Shown here piece after piece: positions 8,975-17,286 of a DNA stretch of 48,276 bases (position 1 is its first letter; each line of letters begins with the position of its first letter). The translations under genes and the position numbers were made by a program. A model generated the notes under the pieces. It was not told the DNA's origin. It saw nothing but the letters and a program-made list of their open reading frames with translations, and ran no database searches. The DNA comes from Microgenomates group bacterium GW2011_GWF2_47_9 (GTDB lineage: Bacteria > Patescibacteriota > Microgenomatia > UBA1400 > UBA12108). Location of the stretch: contig LCPA01000001.1 in assembly GCA_001003385.1 (NCBI GenBank), forward strand, positions 1 through 48,276. Direction: 5' to 3'.

Positions 8975-9285
8975 TCACCAAATTCGAAATTACACCCCAG
9001 ATTTGTTATAGTATAAATGTGGCGACGAAAAAGTCTAAAGAATCTAAAAAACTTGCACTTGCCGTTGTGTCTAAGATGGTTACTTTATCGACCGCAGGGC
9101 TTGGCCTAGTGGCCGCTCTTTCGTGGAACAACGTGATAAAGGAGCTTGTTGATCGATACGTACAACCACTAGTCGGTGGAGCGAGTGGGGTCTTTTCGCT
9201 ATTAATTTATGCAATCCTGGTGACGATAATGGCGGTGGTCGTCACGATGCAGTTAACAAAACTTGAAGAAAAACTAAAGAAATAG
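8968..9285 (+). CDS. Small two-TM membrane protein (DUF5654-like), only plus-strand gene in the first 33 kb
   Basis: The core MVTLSTAGLGLVAALSWNNVIKELVDRYVQPL...LLIYAILVTIMAVVV gives two hydrophobic helices. The maximal ORF starts at 8968, but that overlaps the divergent promoter. A likelier start is the GTG at 9019, which is preceded by TATAGT (9007-9012). Confidence 0.5.
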   Translation: MPITKFEITPQICYSINVATKKSKESKKLALAVVSKMVTLSTAGLGLVAALSWNNVIKELVDRYVQPLVGGASGVFSLLIYAILVTIMAVVVTMQLTKLEEKLKK

Positions 9286-9301
9286 ACTGCGGACAACAAA
9301 A

Positions 9302-12004
9302 TTACTTAGAAATTTGAAATGTTCTTTCGACTGTACGCGATTTACCTTGACGATTTACTGATTCAACAACTACCGAATGAGTGCCAGCTGGGAAAAGCAG
9401 GTCCAAACTAAATTCTCCGTTCTTTGAAACAATTACCTTCTGTCCGTTTATAGTAACAACAGCATCTTTGACTGTTTTACCCTTTACCGTTACTTTCTCC
9501 CCATAGACTTCGCCGTTTTCAGGCTGAAGGAGAGTGATTTTGGGAAGCGACCACCAAGAGCTTAGCTGAATCCCTAGAAAGGCAAAAAATATAATAAGAG
9601 CCGCGAGGGACAAGAAGAAGTTTGCTGAAAAAATGCGCGGTTTATTTTTTACTGGATTGACAAGACCTTTGGGGACAATTTCGCCGGCGTTATTTTCGAC
9701 AAAATCGCGACGAAACATTGCTAAGACGGTTTCGGGGTTAATCCGGAGCGCGACAGCGTAGTTTCGCAAAAATCCTTTAGTGAATGTTGCGGAGGGGAGG
9801 GATGAAAAATCAGAATTTTCGAGTGCTTCTAAATATTCTGGTTTAATTTTGATTTTGCCTGCCACTTCAGCAAGGGTTAGTTCTTTGAGGATGCGTTTCT
9901 CTTTCAGGAGATCTCCGGGAAGTTCTGGGGAAGAGATGAGAATGTTGCGTGGTTTGACTCCCTCCTGTGGACCAATAACTCCTGCTTTCTCAAGTTGATC
10001 CATAATTTTGGCCGCCCGATTATAACCGATACTCATGCGACGTTGAAGATAGCTCGTTGAAGCTTTGTTGGCGGCAAAAACTACCTTGACTGCGTCGGCA
10101 AACAGTTCGTCTTTTTCTCCATCACTTTCATTTTCCTCTTCAGTAAGATATTTTTCAGTTACTTCTTCCTGATACTTTACCTCTCCGTCATAACTCTTTT
10201 TGAGGAAGTCGATTAAGCCTTTAATTTCTTGATTGGTAACATAGGTTCCCTGAATGCGGGTTGGGAGGGGACGGTCGGGGGGAACATAGAGCATATCTCC
10301 CCTTCCCAAAAGTTTTTCCGCGCCAGGAGAGTCGATAATAACCCGAGAGTCGATCATTGAGGTAACGTTGAAGGCAATGCGGGTTGGGATGTTGGCTTTG
10401 ATAAGACCGGTAATCACGTTTACAGAAGGACGCTGAGTTGCAAGTACCAGGTGAATGCCGGTGGCACGCGCCATCTGTGCTAGGCGAGTAATCAGATCTT
10501 CAACCTTGGAAGGGGCATACAGCATGATGTCCGCCAACTCGTCGATGACGATCACAATATATTCCATAGCTGTAAAGCCTGAAAGCTCGTTGTACTCTTC
10601 GATATTGCGAGCGCCGACTTCGGCAAACATTTTGTAGCGCTTGTCCATTTCTTTGGTTGCCCATTGCAAGGCTGAAACTACTCGCTCTGCCTCGGTAATA
10701 ACGGGAGTCAGCAAGTGAGGAATCCCGTTGTAGCCCGTGAGTTCGACCCGCTTGGGATCGACAAGGATGAATTTTAGTTCGGAGGGGGAGTTGCGGAATA
10801 GAAGAGTACAAATAATGTTGTTGATACAGATAGATTTTCCTGAGCCGGTCGCGCCGGCAACAAGGACGTGGGGCATTTTTTTGATATCGGCGATTGCCGG
10901 GGCACCGGACACGCCGAGGCCCAAGCCGACTGCAAGGCGGGATTTATCTTTTTTCATGTCGGGGTGAGTTAAAATTTCGTGAAGAGTCACATATTCGGGA
11001 GATCGGTTGGGGGCTTCGATTCCAACCAAGTTTCGGCCTGGGATTGGAGCCTCGATCCTGATTTGACCAGTCGGAGCGGCGAGTGCCAGGGCCAGGTCAG
11101 TTTGAAGCGCCTTGATTTTGGAGAGCTTGGTACCCTCAGCGATACGAATGGCATACTGAGTAACCGCTGGACCCCCATTGACCTCGGCGACTTTGGCTTT
11201 GATCCCAAATGAGTCGAGAGTACTCTCAATGATGTGGGCGTTATCTTTGATGTCGCCCCGGTCGGCCTTTGCGCCTTTTTCTGTGGAGAGAAGGGTAAGA
11301 GAGGGATATTTCCAGATTTTATCCCCGGTTGGGGTTGAGATAATTTGATTTTCAAAATCAAGATCTTTACCCTTTTGATTTGGGGCTTTTTGGGCGTCTT
11401 TTGGAGGAAGTTGTGCCCCCATTTTGTCCACACCGGGGATGTTGATTTTGGTCTTGCCTTCCGAGGCAAAAAGTGATTTTTGGAACTTGTCATTACCTTT
11501 TGCAGAGGATGTTTTTTGAAAGGCTTGCTTAACGTAAACAAAAAGCTTGGAGATGCTTTCTAAGATATCTTCAAGGGGAGTGTTGGTGAGGATCATACCT
11601 CCGACTGCAGTCACGGCAAAAAATACAACGCCAGCGCCAAAACCAGTTATTAAAAAAGAAATACTCTCTGAGACTTGGAGCCCTAGCTCGCCAGCCCTAG
11701 TCATTCCGAGCATCCCCCCAAAGATGAGAAGCCCGCCAACGAAGAGGGTGGGAGAAGTGATGGCCCACTTGAGAGTTGTCATCATGAGGGCGATCGTTGT
11801 GAGTAAAAAAGGCAGGATAAGGATCGTCCAGCCAAAAGCGCGGTAAAGGACCAGGTAAACCCCACTTAGGAAAGCGCCCTGCCTGGTAAAGGAGAGTAAA
11901 ATAATGACAGCCAAGACCAAAAACAACATCGATACTACCGAGTAAACAATTTCTCTACGTAGTTTGATTTTGAATGGTTTTTTTCGTCGTCCTCTTTTTT
12001 TCAT
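9302..12004 (-). CDS. ftsK: DNA translocase FtsK/SpoIIIE fused at its C-terminus to a RodZ-like module (HTH, TM helix, Ig-like domain)
   Basis: 900 aa with N-terminal polytopic TM region. Walker A VAGATGSGKS, Walker B VIVIDELAD, and a gamma winged helix STSYLQRRMSIGYNRAAKIMDQLEKAGVIGP. It then continues in frame into LTLAEVAGKIKIKPEYLEALENSDFSSLPSATFTKGFLRNYAVALRI, a TM helix and a beta domain. Confidence 0.9.
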   Translation of the reverse strand: MKKRGRRKKPFKIKLRREIVYSVVSMLFLVLAVIILLSFTRQGAFLSGVYLVLYRAFGWTILILPFLLTTIALMMTTLKWAITSPTLFVGGLLIFGGMLGMTRAGELGLQVSESISFLITGFGAGVVFFAVTAVGGMILTNTPLEDILESISKLFVYVKQAFQKTSSAKGNDKFQKSLFASEGKTKINIPGVDKMGAQLPPKDAQKAPNQKGKDLDFENQIISTPTGDKIWKYPSLTLLSTEKGAKADRGDIKDNAHIIESTLDSFGIKAKVAEVNGGPAVTQYAIRIAEGTKLSKIKALQTDLALALAAPTGQIRIEAPIPGRNLVGIEAPNRSPEYVTLHEILTHPDMKKDKSRLAVGLGLGVSGAPAIADIKKMPHVLVAGATGSGKSICINNIICTLLFRNSPSELKFILVDPKRVELTGYNGIPHLLTPVITEAERVVSALQWATKEMDKRYKMFAEVGARNIEEYNELSGFTAMEYIVIVIDELADIMLYAPSKVEDLITRLAQMARATGIHLVLATQRPSVNVITGLIKANIPTRIAFNVTSMIDSRVIIDSPGAEKLLGRGDMLYVPPDRPLPTRIQGTYVTNQEIKGLIDFLKKSYDGEVKYQEEVTEKYLTEEENESDGEKDELFADAVKVVFAANKASTSYLQRRMSIGYNRAAKIMDQLEKAGVIGPQEGVKPRNILISSPELPGDLLKEKRILKELTLAEVAGKIKIKPEYLEALENSDFSSLPSATFTKGFLRNYAVALRINPETVLAMFRRDFVENNAGEIVPKGLVNPVKNKPRIFSANFFLSLAALIIFFAFLGIQLSSWWSLPKITLLQPENGEVYGEKVTVKGKTVKDAVVTINGQKVIVSKNGEFSLDLLFPAGTHSVVVESVNRQGKSRTVERTFQISK

Positions 12005-12010
12005 ATCTTT

Positions 12011-13666
12011 TTAGTCCTCGACAATGATGGGGATGACTACGGGGTTTTTGCCGATGTACTTGATAAATAATCGGCTGACCTCTTTGGAGATCTTGTCTTT
12101 ACTATACAACTTATCTCGAGTAATGTCTGTTGACTTGAAAACTTGGGCTAGCGCGACTTTGATTGAGCTGAGGAGAGATTCGTCAAGCTGTTTGGTGATT
12201 CCCTTTGGAATTACGTCGATATCTAATGATTGACGTTCCCTGTTTGAGGTAAAAACTACTACTACGACTCCCTCTTGGAACATGAGCTTACGATCCATGA
12301 TGGGTTCTGAGGCATGAGAGATCACGCCGGATTCGACATAGACGTTTTTGAGCTCTAAGGTTTCTCCTACGTGTACGACCCCCCCGCTTTCTATGACAAT
12401 TGCCTGGTTTTCTGGGGTGAGTACGCGTTCTTTGGGGATCCCCATTTCGCCGGCAAGTTTACTAAATTGAACGGTGTGACGATGGGTCCCTCCTGTAGGC
12501 ATGACGTATTTGGGACGTGTCATAGCCATAAGCATCATAATTTCTTTACTGCTGGCATGTCCAGAGACATGAAGGTCGTCGGAAATGTCTGAGTATGAGG
12601 TGGTAATCCCATGGCGACTTAAAAGATCGATCATCCGATAAACGTTGACCTCGTTGCCTGGGATTGGGTCTGAGGAAAAAATCACTTTATCACCAGGATC
12701 GAGGGATAAAAGTTTGTGCTCCTTGGTTGCGATACGCTCAAGAGATGAGCCTAGTTGTCCCTGACTCCCCGCAATAATCAAGCATTGTTCGTTCTTGGGG
12801 AGAGTACCTATTTTGCGTTTATCGATGATAAGTCGAGGAGGGAGTTTGAGAAATCCTAGTTCGGCGGCTGTCTTAACGTTTCGCTCGATAGAGAAGCCGA
12901 CAAAGGCAACTTTGCGACCACTTCTTTTGGCAACCCAAAGAGCCTGTTGAATACGGCTGATATTGCTACTCATAGTGGTGACTGCAATTCGATTTTCGAT
13001 TCCTCTGAATTCACGCTCAAAAGAATCTTCGACAATTGCCTCAGAGAGGGAGTAACCCTCTTTTTCTGACCTCAAACAGTCAGAAAGAAGCAGGGTGACA
13101 CCTTCTGCCCCGGCACGAGTGATGGATTGAATATCTGGCAATTCTTGACCAACGGGAGTCCAGTCAAACTTAAAATCGGAACCGTGATAGATGTTGCCGT
13201 GGGGAGTTTTGATGATTAGATGTTTGGTATCGGGGACAGAGTGAGTGACGGGGATCATCTTGACTTCAAAACGACCAAGAGTGATGGGCTGGCGATCGCC
13301 GACTACATTAATGAGTTTGGTATCGATAGAAAATTCTTTGAATTTCTCTTTGATAAATCCTGCAGTTAATTTGCTGGCGTAGATCGGAATATTGTCTCTA
13401 AGTTGGGGAATGATATAGGGTAAGCCGCCAATGTGATCTTCGTGTCCATGGGTCATAACGAAGCCCCGAATTTTACTTTGCTTATCCTTGAGATAAGTGA
13501 TATCGGGGATAGTTAGATCGACGCCCGAGACCCCTACTTCTGGGAAACCCATCCCACAGTCAACGATGAAGATGTCATCAATACTTTCATATACATACAT
13601 GTTGTCATGCACGTTCGGGGTTCCGCCAAGCGGGACAATTTTGATTGATGAAGATGTGTTATACAT
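12011..13666 (-). CDS. rnj: Ribonuclease J (metallo-beta-lactamase / beta-CASP)
   Basis: 551 aa with IVDCGMGFP...VMTHGHEDHIGGLPY (HxHxDH motif) and a beta-CASP region with a LHVSGH-type motif (DLHVSGHAS). Confidence 0.9.
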   Translation of the reverse strand: MYNTSSSIKIVPLGGTPNVHDNMYVYESIDDIFIVDCGMGFPEVGVSGVDLTIPDITYLKDKQSKIRGFVMTHGHEDHIGGLPYIIPQLRDNIPIYASKLTAGFIKEKFKEFSIDTKLINVVGDRQPITLGRFEVKMIPVTHSVPDTKHLIIKTPHGNIYHGSDFKFDWTPVGQELPDIQSITRAGAEGVTLLLSDCLRSEKEGYSLSEAIVEDSFEREFRGIENRIAVTTMSSNISRIQQALWVAKRSGRKVAFVGFSIERNVKTAAELGFLKLPPRLIIDKRKIGTLPKNEQCLIIAGSQGQLGSSLERIATKEHKLLSLDPGDKVIFSSDPIPGNEVNVYRMIDLLSRHGITTSYSDISDDLHVSGHASSKEIMMLMAMTRPKYVMPTGGTHRHTVQFSKLAGEMGIPKERVLTPENQAIVIESGGVVHVGETLELKNVYVESGVISHASEPIMDRKLMFQEGVVVVVFTSNRERQSLDIDVIPKGITKQLDESLLSSIKVALAQVFKSTDITRDKLYSKDKISKEVSRLFIKYIGKNPVVIPIIVED

Positions 13667-13700
13667 TTTTTCCTTTTTGTTTTAGTATGCCACAGGACTG

Positions 13701-14366
13701 CTACCACTTGATAGGTGCAATTTTGTGCTTTAGTAGATAAGTATTGGTGAGGCTAAAGGGCCGCGACCCAAAAAACCCACTATGAGCCGAGAAGGGAGAT
13801 GGGTGGGGACTCTTTATTATCAGATGTTTGGATCCGTCGACTACGGCCCCCTTTTTTTGGGCATATGCTCCCCATAAAATAAAGACCAAATGCTTTTTTT
13901 GTTCTGATAAAACTCTAACAACCTCGGAGGTAAAATCTTCCCATCCCTTGTTTTGATGAGAACCGGCTTGATTGGCCCTTACCGTTAGGGTAGCGTTTAA
14001 CAAGAGCACCCCTTGTTTAGCCCACCCTTCTAGGTCCCCGCCCGCAAAGGCTGGCGCCTTGCCAGTATCGGACTTGATTTCTTTGTAGATATTTTGGAGC
14101 GAGGGTGGGGGGTGCACTCCGCGGTTCACAGCGAAACAAAGGCCGTTGGCCTGGCCAACGCCGTGGTATGGATCCTGACCCAAGATTACAACTTTGACTT
14201 CGTCAAACGGAGTTAGGTCAAAGGCGCGAAAGATAAACTTGGGCGGCGGGTAAACTTTTTCATCAAGGTATTCTTTACGCACAAAGTCCGAGAGGAGATG
14301 GAAGTAATCTTTTTCAAATTCCTGTTCTAAGACTTTTTTCCAGCTGGGTTCGATCTTGACTTGCAT
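13701..14366 (-). CDS. ung: Uracil-DNA glycosylase, family 1
   Basis: From the internal ATG (complement 14364-14366): MQVKIEPSWKKVLEQEFEKDYF..., GQDPYHG water-activating loop, HPSPFSA leucine-loop region. The 62 Arg/Ser-rich codons upstream in the track ORF overlap the Lon-like gene and look spurious. Confidence 0.9.
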   Translation of the reverse strand: MQVKIEPSWKKVLEQEFEKDYFHLLSDFVRKEYLDEKVYPPPKFIFRAFDLTPFDEVKVVILGQDPYHGVGQANGLCFAVNRGVHPPPSLQNIYKEIKSDTGKAPAFAGGDLEGWAKQGVLLLNATLTVRANQAGSHQNKGWEDFTSEVVRVLSEQKKHLVFILWGAYAQKKGAVVDGSKHLIIKSPHPSPFSAHSGFFGSRPFSLTNTYLLKHKIAPIKW

Positions 14367-14386
14367 GTTTCGGATACTACGACAAA

Positions 14387-15460
14387 CTAGTAGGCAGTCA
14401 TATATTGTTTGTAATTGTCCTTGTTGACTGTGACAGACTGAGTTTTGCCTTCTACAATTTCTCTGGCAACACGACGACAGAGAGCGTGGATGGTTCGCTC
14501 GAGGGTGCGGATTCCGGCGTCGTAGCCGAGAGGACGAGCTACGAGTGGCCATACTTCTTCGGCAATTGTAAGATTGTCGGGAGAAAGGCCGGAGTCTTTT
14601 AGTGCTTTGGGAAGAAGGAAGTTTCGACCAATATGGATTTTTTCTTCGTCGGAGTAACTAGGCATTTGGATAAGTTCAAGACGATCGAGGACGGCAGTTG
14701 CGACGTTGGTTGTGTTGTTGGCTGTTGCGATAAACAGGACCTGGGACAAATCAAGCGGATAGTCCAGATAGTGATCGAGAAAGCGATTGTTTTGAGTGGG
14801 GTCAAGAAGTTCGACAAGGACTCCCATAATATCTGCACGCTCATCAGCTCCGACGCGGTCGATTTCGTCTAGTAAAATTACGGGATTAAAGGATCCGGCG
14901 GACTTTAGAGCTTTTACAATTGCCCCAGGCTCTGCCTCGAGAAATAATCGTGACTTGCCACGAAGATCGCGGGCACTCCCTAGACCACCAAATGGGATGC
15001 GCGCAAACTTGCGGCCCAATACTTCGGCTAGGGAATAGGCAAATGTCGTCTTGCCGGTTCCCACAAGACCAACTAAGAAGATCGCGGGTGCCCGGACACT
15101 ATCCTGGTGGCCGGCGGCTTGGCGGAGTTTGATCGTCGACAAATATTCTAGAATTCTATTTTTGGGTTCTTGCATGCCATGATGAGTTGACTCCATGACG
15201 GAGGCGGCCGCAGAAATATCGAGCTTGTCGGCTGTGTAAATCCCCCAGGGGAGACTGGTAATCCAGCCAATGTAGTGAGAAATACGGTCGTATTCCTGAG
15301 AATATATTCCCGTATCAACCATCCGCTTAAGACGAGTGAGCATTTCCTTCGCTTTTTCAAGAAGCTCGGGCGGGAGCTTGGCGGCTTGGACTGAGGCTGA
15401 AAGTTTGGCAAGTTCGTCGACTAGTCCAGGTTTATTATTGTCTATGGGATCGGATGTCAT
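14387..15460 (-). CDS. Lon-family AAA+ ATPase module without the LAN N-domain or the protease domain
   Basis: 357 aa with Lon-specific pre-AAA helices (YIGWITSLPWG...HHGMQEPKNRILEYL). Walker A GLVGTGKTT, Walker B VILLDEIDRV, sensor-1 ATANN, LDRLELIQMPSY. It ends right after the alpha-helical lid (TLERTIHALCRRVA...). Confidence 0.75.
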   Translation of the reverse strand: MTSDPIDNNKPGLVDELAKLSASVQAAKLPPELLEKAKEMLTRLKRMVDTGIYSQEYDRISHYIGWITSLPWGIYTADKLDISAAASVMESTHHGMQEPKNRILEYLSTIKLRQAAGHQDSVRAPAIFLVGLVGTGKTTFAYSLAEVLGRKFARIPFGGLGSARDLRGKSRLFLEAEPGAIVKALKSAGSFNPVILLDEIDRVGADERADIMGVLVELLDPTQNNRFLDHYLDYPLDLSQVLFIATANNTTNVATAVLDRLELIQMPSYSDEEKIHIGRNFLLPKALKDSGLSPDNLTIAEEVWPLVARPLGYDAGIRTLERTIHALCRRVAREIVEGKTQSVTVNKDNYKQYMTAY

Positions 15461-15487
15461 ACTCTTCTATCGTATCACAGGGGAGCT

Positions 15488-15997
15488 TCAATATGCCGCA
15501 CCCTTGAAATCGGGACAGTTGGCATTTGCCCAGGTGAGGTAGTCGGTTGAGCACTCTTTTTTGGCGGCACCACCTGGCATACAGTCTATCCATTCTACGG
15601 TCGGACATACATAGGTGTTGTCGTTCTCAATAAAACAACTGGAGCCGGGAGCGTGCCAGCAAGAACTGCGACCATTCTCTTCATAGACCCATTGTTCGGG
15701 TGTGCCTGGCTTGTACTGAGACTTTGAGCCGTAGTACCAGCCAGTATTGAGCTCCTTCTGTGTAATTTCGGGAGTTTCCTCGGGGGTGATTGTTTCCTTT
15801 ACACTCTCGCTAAAACTCTGACCGCCCTCAGTTACACAGGTCGCCGGATAGGAAGTGAGAAGAGTACTACCTTTTGATTTGACGCATTCTTCGTAGGAAG
15901 ATACTGCTGGTGAGCTACCACTCTGCAGTCGCCATACTCCGTATACAACGGCGAGTAAAATGAGAATTAAGATTAGTAGTTTTTGTTTTTTCATCAT
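15488..15997 (-). CDS. Exported or membrane-anchored Cys-rich protein, unknown function
   Basis: 169 aa. N-terminal hydrophobic anchor LLILILILLAVVYGV. Ten Cys, mostly in the C-terminal 70 aa (CWHAPGSSCFIENDNTYVCPTVEWIDCMPGGAAKKECSTDYLTWANANCPDF). Confidence 0.45.
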   Translation of the reverse strand: MMKKQKLLILILILLAVVYGVWRLQSGSSPAVSSYEECVKSKGSTLLTSYPATCVTEGGQSFSESVKETITPEETPEITQKELNTGWYYGSKSQYKPGTPEQWVYEENGRSSCWHAPGSSCFIENDNTYVCPTVEWIDCMPGGAAKKECSTDYLTWANANCPDFKGAAY

Positions 15998-16003
15998 GTT
16001 TGA

Positions 16004-17245
16004 TTATGGCACAATCCGGACGAGCATACCAACGTCCGAGAGATCATATACCTCTTTTGAATCTTGAGGCGCTAAAGCGATACAACCACCAGTCTTCTTG
16101 TCGCCAATGTAGTTGCCGTACCGATAATAAGGCTTCCCATCTTCACCGACTGCATAGGCAATTTCGTGAATTCCCAAATAGGCGCCGACATCTTTGGCGT
16201 AACTAAAGCCCATCCAGTATGGCATCCACGCAGAGTAAATCGATGAAAAAGCCTTTGGGGCCTTGTTTAATATGTGATACTCGCCGAGTGGGGTTGGATA
16301 TGGCTCGCCAGTTGAGACGGGGTAGGTTTTATATAGTTTTCCTGAGATGAAAAAATACATTTTTTGTTGAGAAAGATCGATTTCGAGGTATTTTTCCGCC
16401 AAATTACCAGAGGAAGTCGGACCATCATCCAACCCCAAGACCTGGCTGATGGCTTCTGCGCCATGAAATCTCTGGTTAATAGCAAGTAAAATATTTTGAT
16501 ATGCCGAGTCTTCCACAAAATATTTACGTTCTTGTGCCCCAAGGTGGGAGATAATTTCGGAAAGAACAACCTCGCGATCAAGAACTAAGTCCTGGGAGGG
16601 GTCGGTAGAAGTAATCGTAAGAGATGATCTGATTACAGAGGCCGGGAGCGAATAATAAGTATAGGAGTTGCCAACTTTGAGTTTGATGTCTAAGGGGGCG
16701 TTTAGCGTGCGGGAAAGTCGGGCATTGAAGGCTAAGAGACTGTCGCTAACCCGATCTTTAACAACGTAGGTTGGCCTTACTTCGATGCGATCTTTGCCGA
16801 ATTCTTCTGTTAGGCTAGGAATTAGTGAGTTTATGTCAATAAGATACTCCGAGCGGGCTTTGAGCGACCTGAGTTCGCCTTTGGCTGAGTCATAGGTTAT
16901 TTGAGGGGGGGCGTCGTCACCAACAAGATAGGTTTGAGGGGTGTAGGTAAGAGTGTTGAGACGGCGAGTTTTAAAATAATTGTCCAGGTCAACAGAAATT
17001 CCTAAGTCAGTAAAACTTGTTTTGTACTCCTGGTCCGGGAGGATAAGGATTATTTCTGATCTCGCGAGGTAGTCGGAAACGACCTTTGTGAATTCTTGGT
17101 AGGAGTGATTGGCGACCTGCAAGTGACCTATTTTTGACCAAGGAGATAGACGATCTTTGTAATAACCCAATACTAAAGAAGAGCTAAAGACAAGTAAGAT
17201 TAGGGCACTAACAAAGCTTGTCGATAGTTTATGACTAAATCTCAT
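16004..17245 (-). CDS. L,D-transpeptidase (YkuD domain) with a large N-terminal extracytoplasmic region
   Basis: 413 aa with a TM anchor. C-terminal YkuD core YPVSTGEPYPTPLGEYHILNK...LGIHE...KTGGCIALAPQD (His and Gly-Cys catalytic motif). Confidence 0.8.
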   Translation of the reverse strand: MRFSHKLSTSFVSALILLVFSSSLVLGYYKDRLSPWSKIGHLQVANHSYQEFTKVVSDYLARSEIILILPDQEYKTSFTDLGISVDLDNYFKTRRLNTLTYTPQTYLVGDDAPPQITYDSAKGELRSLKARSEYLIDINSLIPSLTEEFGKDRIEVRPTYVVKDRVSDSLLAFNARLSRTLNAPLDIKLKVGNSYTYYSLPASVIRSSLTITSTDPSQDLVLDREVVLSEIISHLGAQERKYFVEDSAYQNILLAINQRFHGAEAISQVLGLDDGPTSSGNLAEKYLEIDLSQQKMYFFISGKLYKTYPVSTGEPYPTPLGEYHILNKAPKAFSSIYSAWMPYWMGFSYAKDVGAYLGIHEIAYAVGEDGKPYYRYGNYIGDKKTGGCIALAPQDSKEVYDLSDVGMLVRIVP

Positions 17246-17286
17246 GGATTTAATATACCCAAGTAATCGGTGAAGCGGAAGGGAAA

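Noticed and set aside
13701-14552. Long N-terminal extensions in track ORFs for ung, nusA (to 23572), lepA (to 31511), dnaJ (to 26249), tpiA (to 43528) and the 24356-25309 gene
   Set aside because: The extensions are Arg/Ser/Cys-rich or overlap the upstream gene. In each case the canonical family N-terminus begins at an internal ATG that has its own SD or -10 box.
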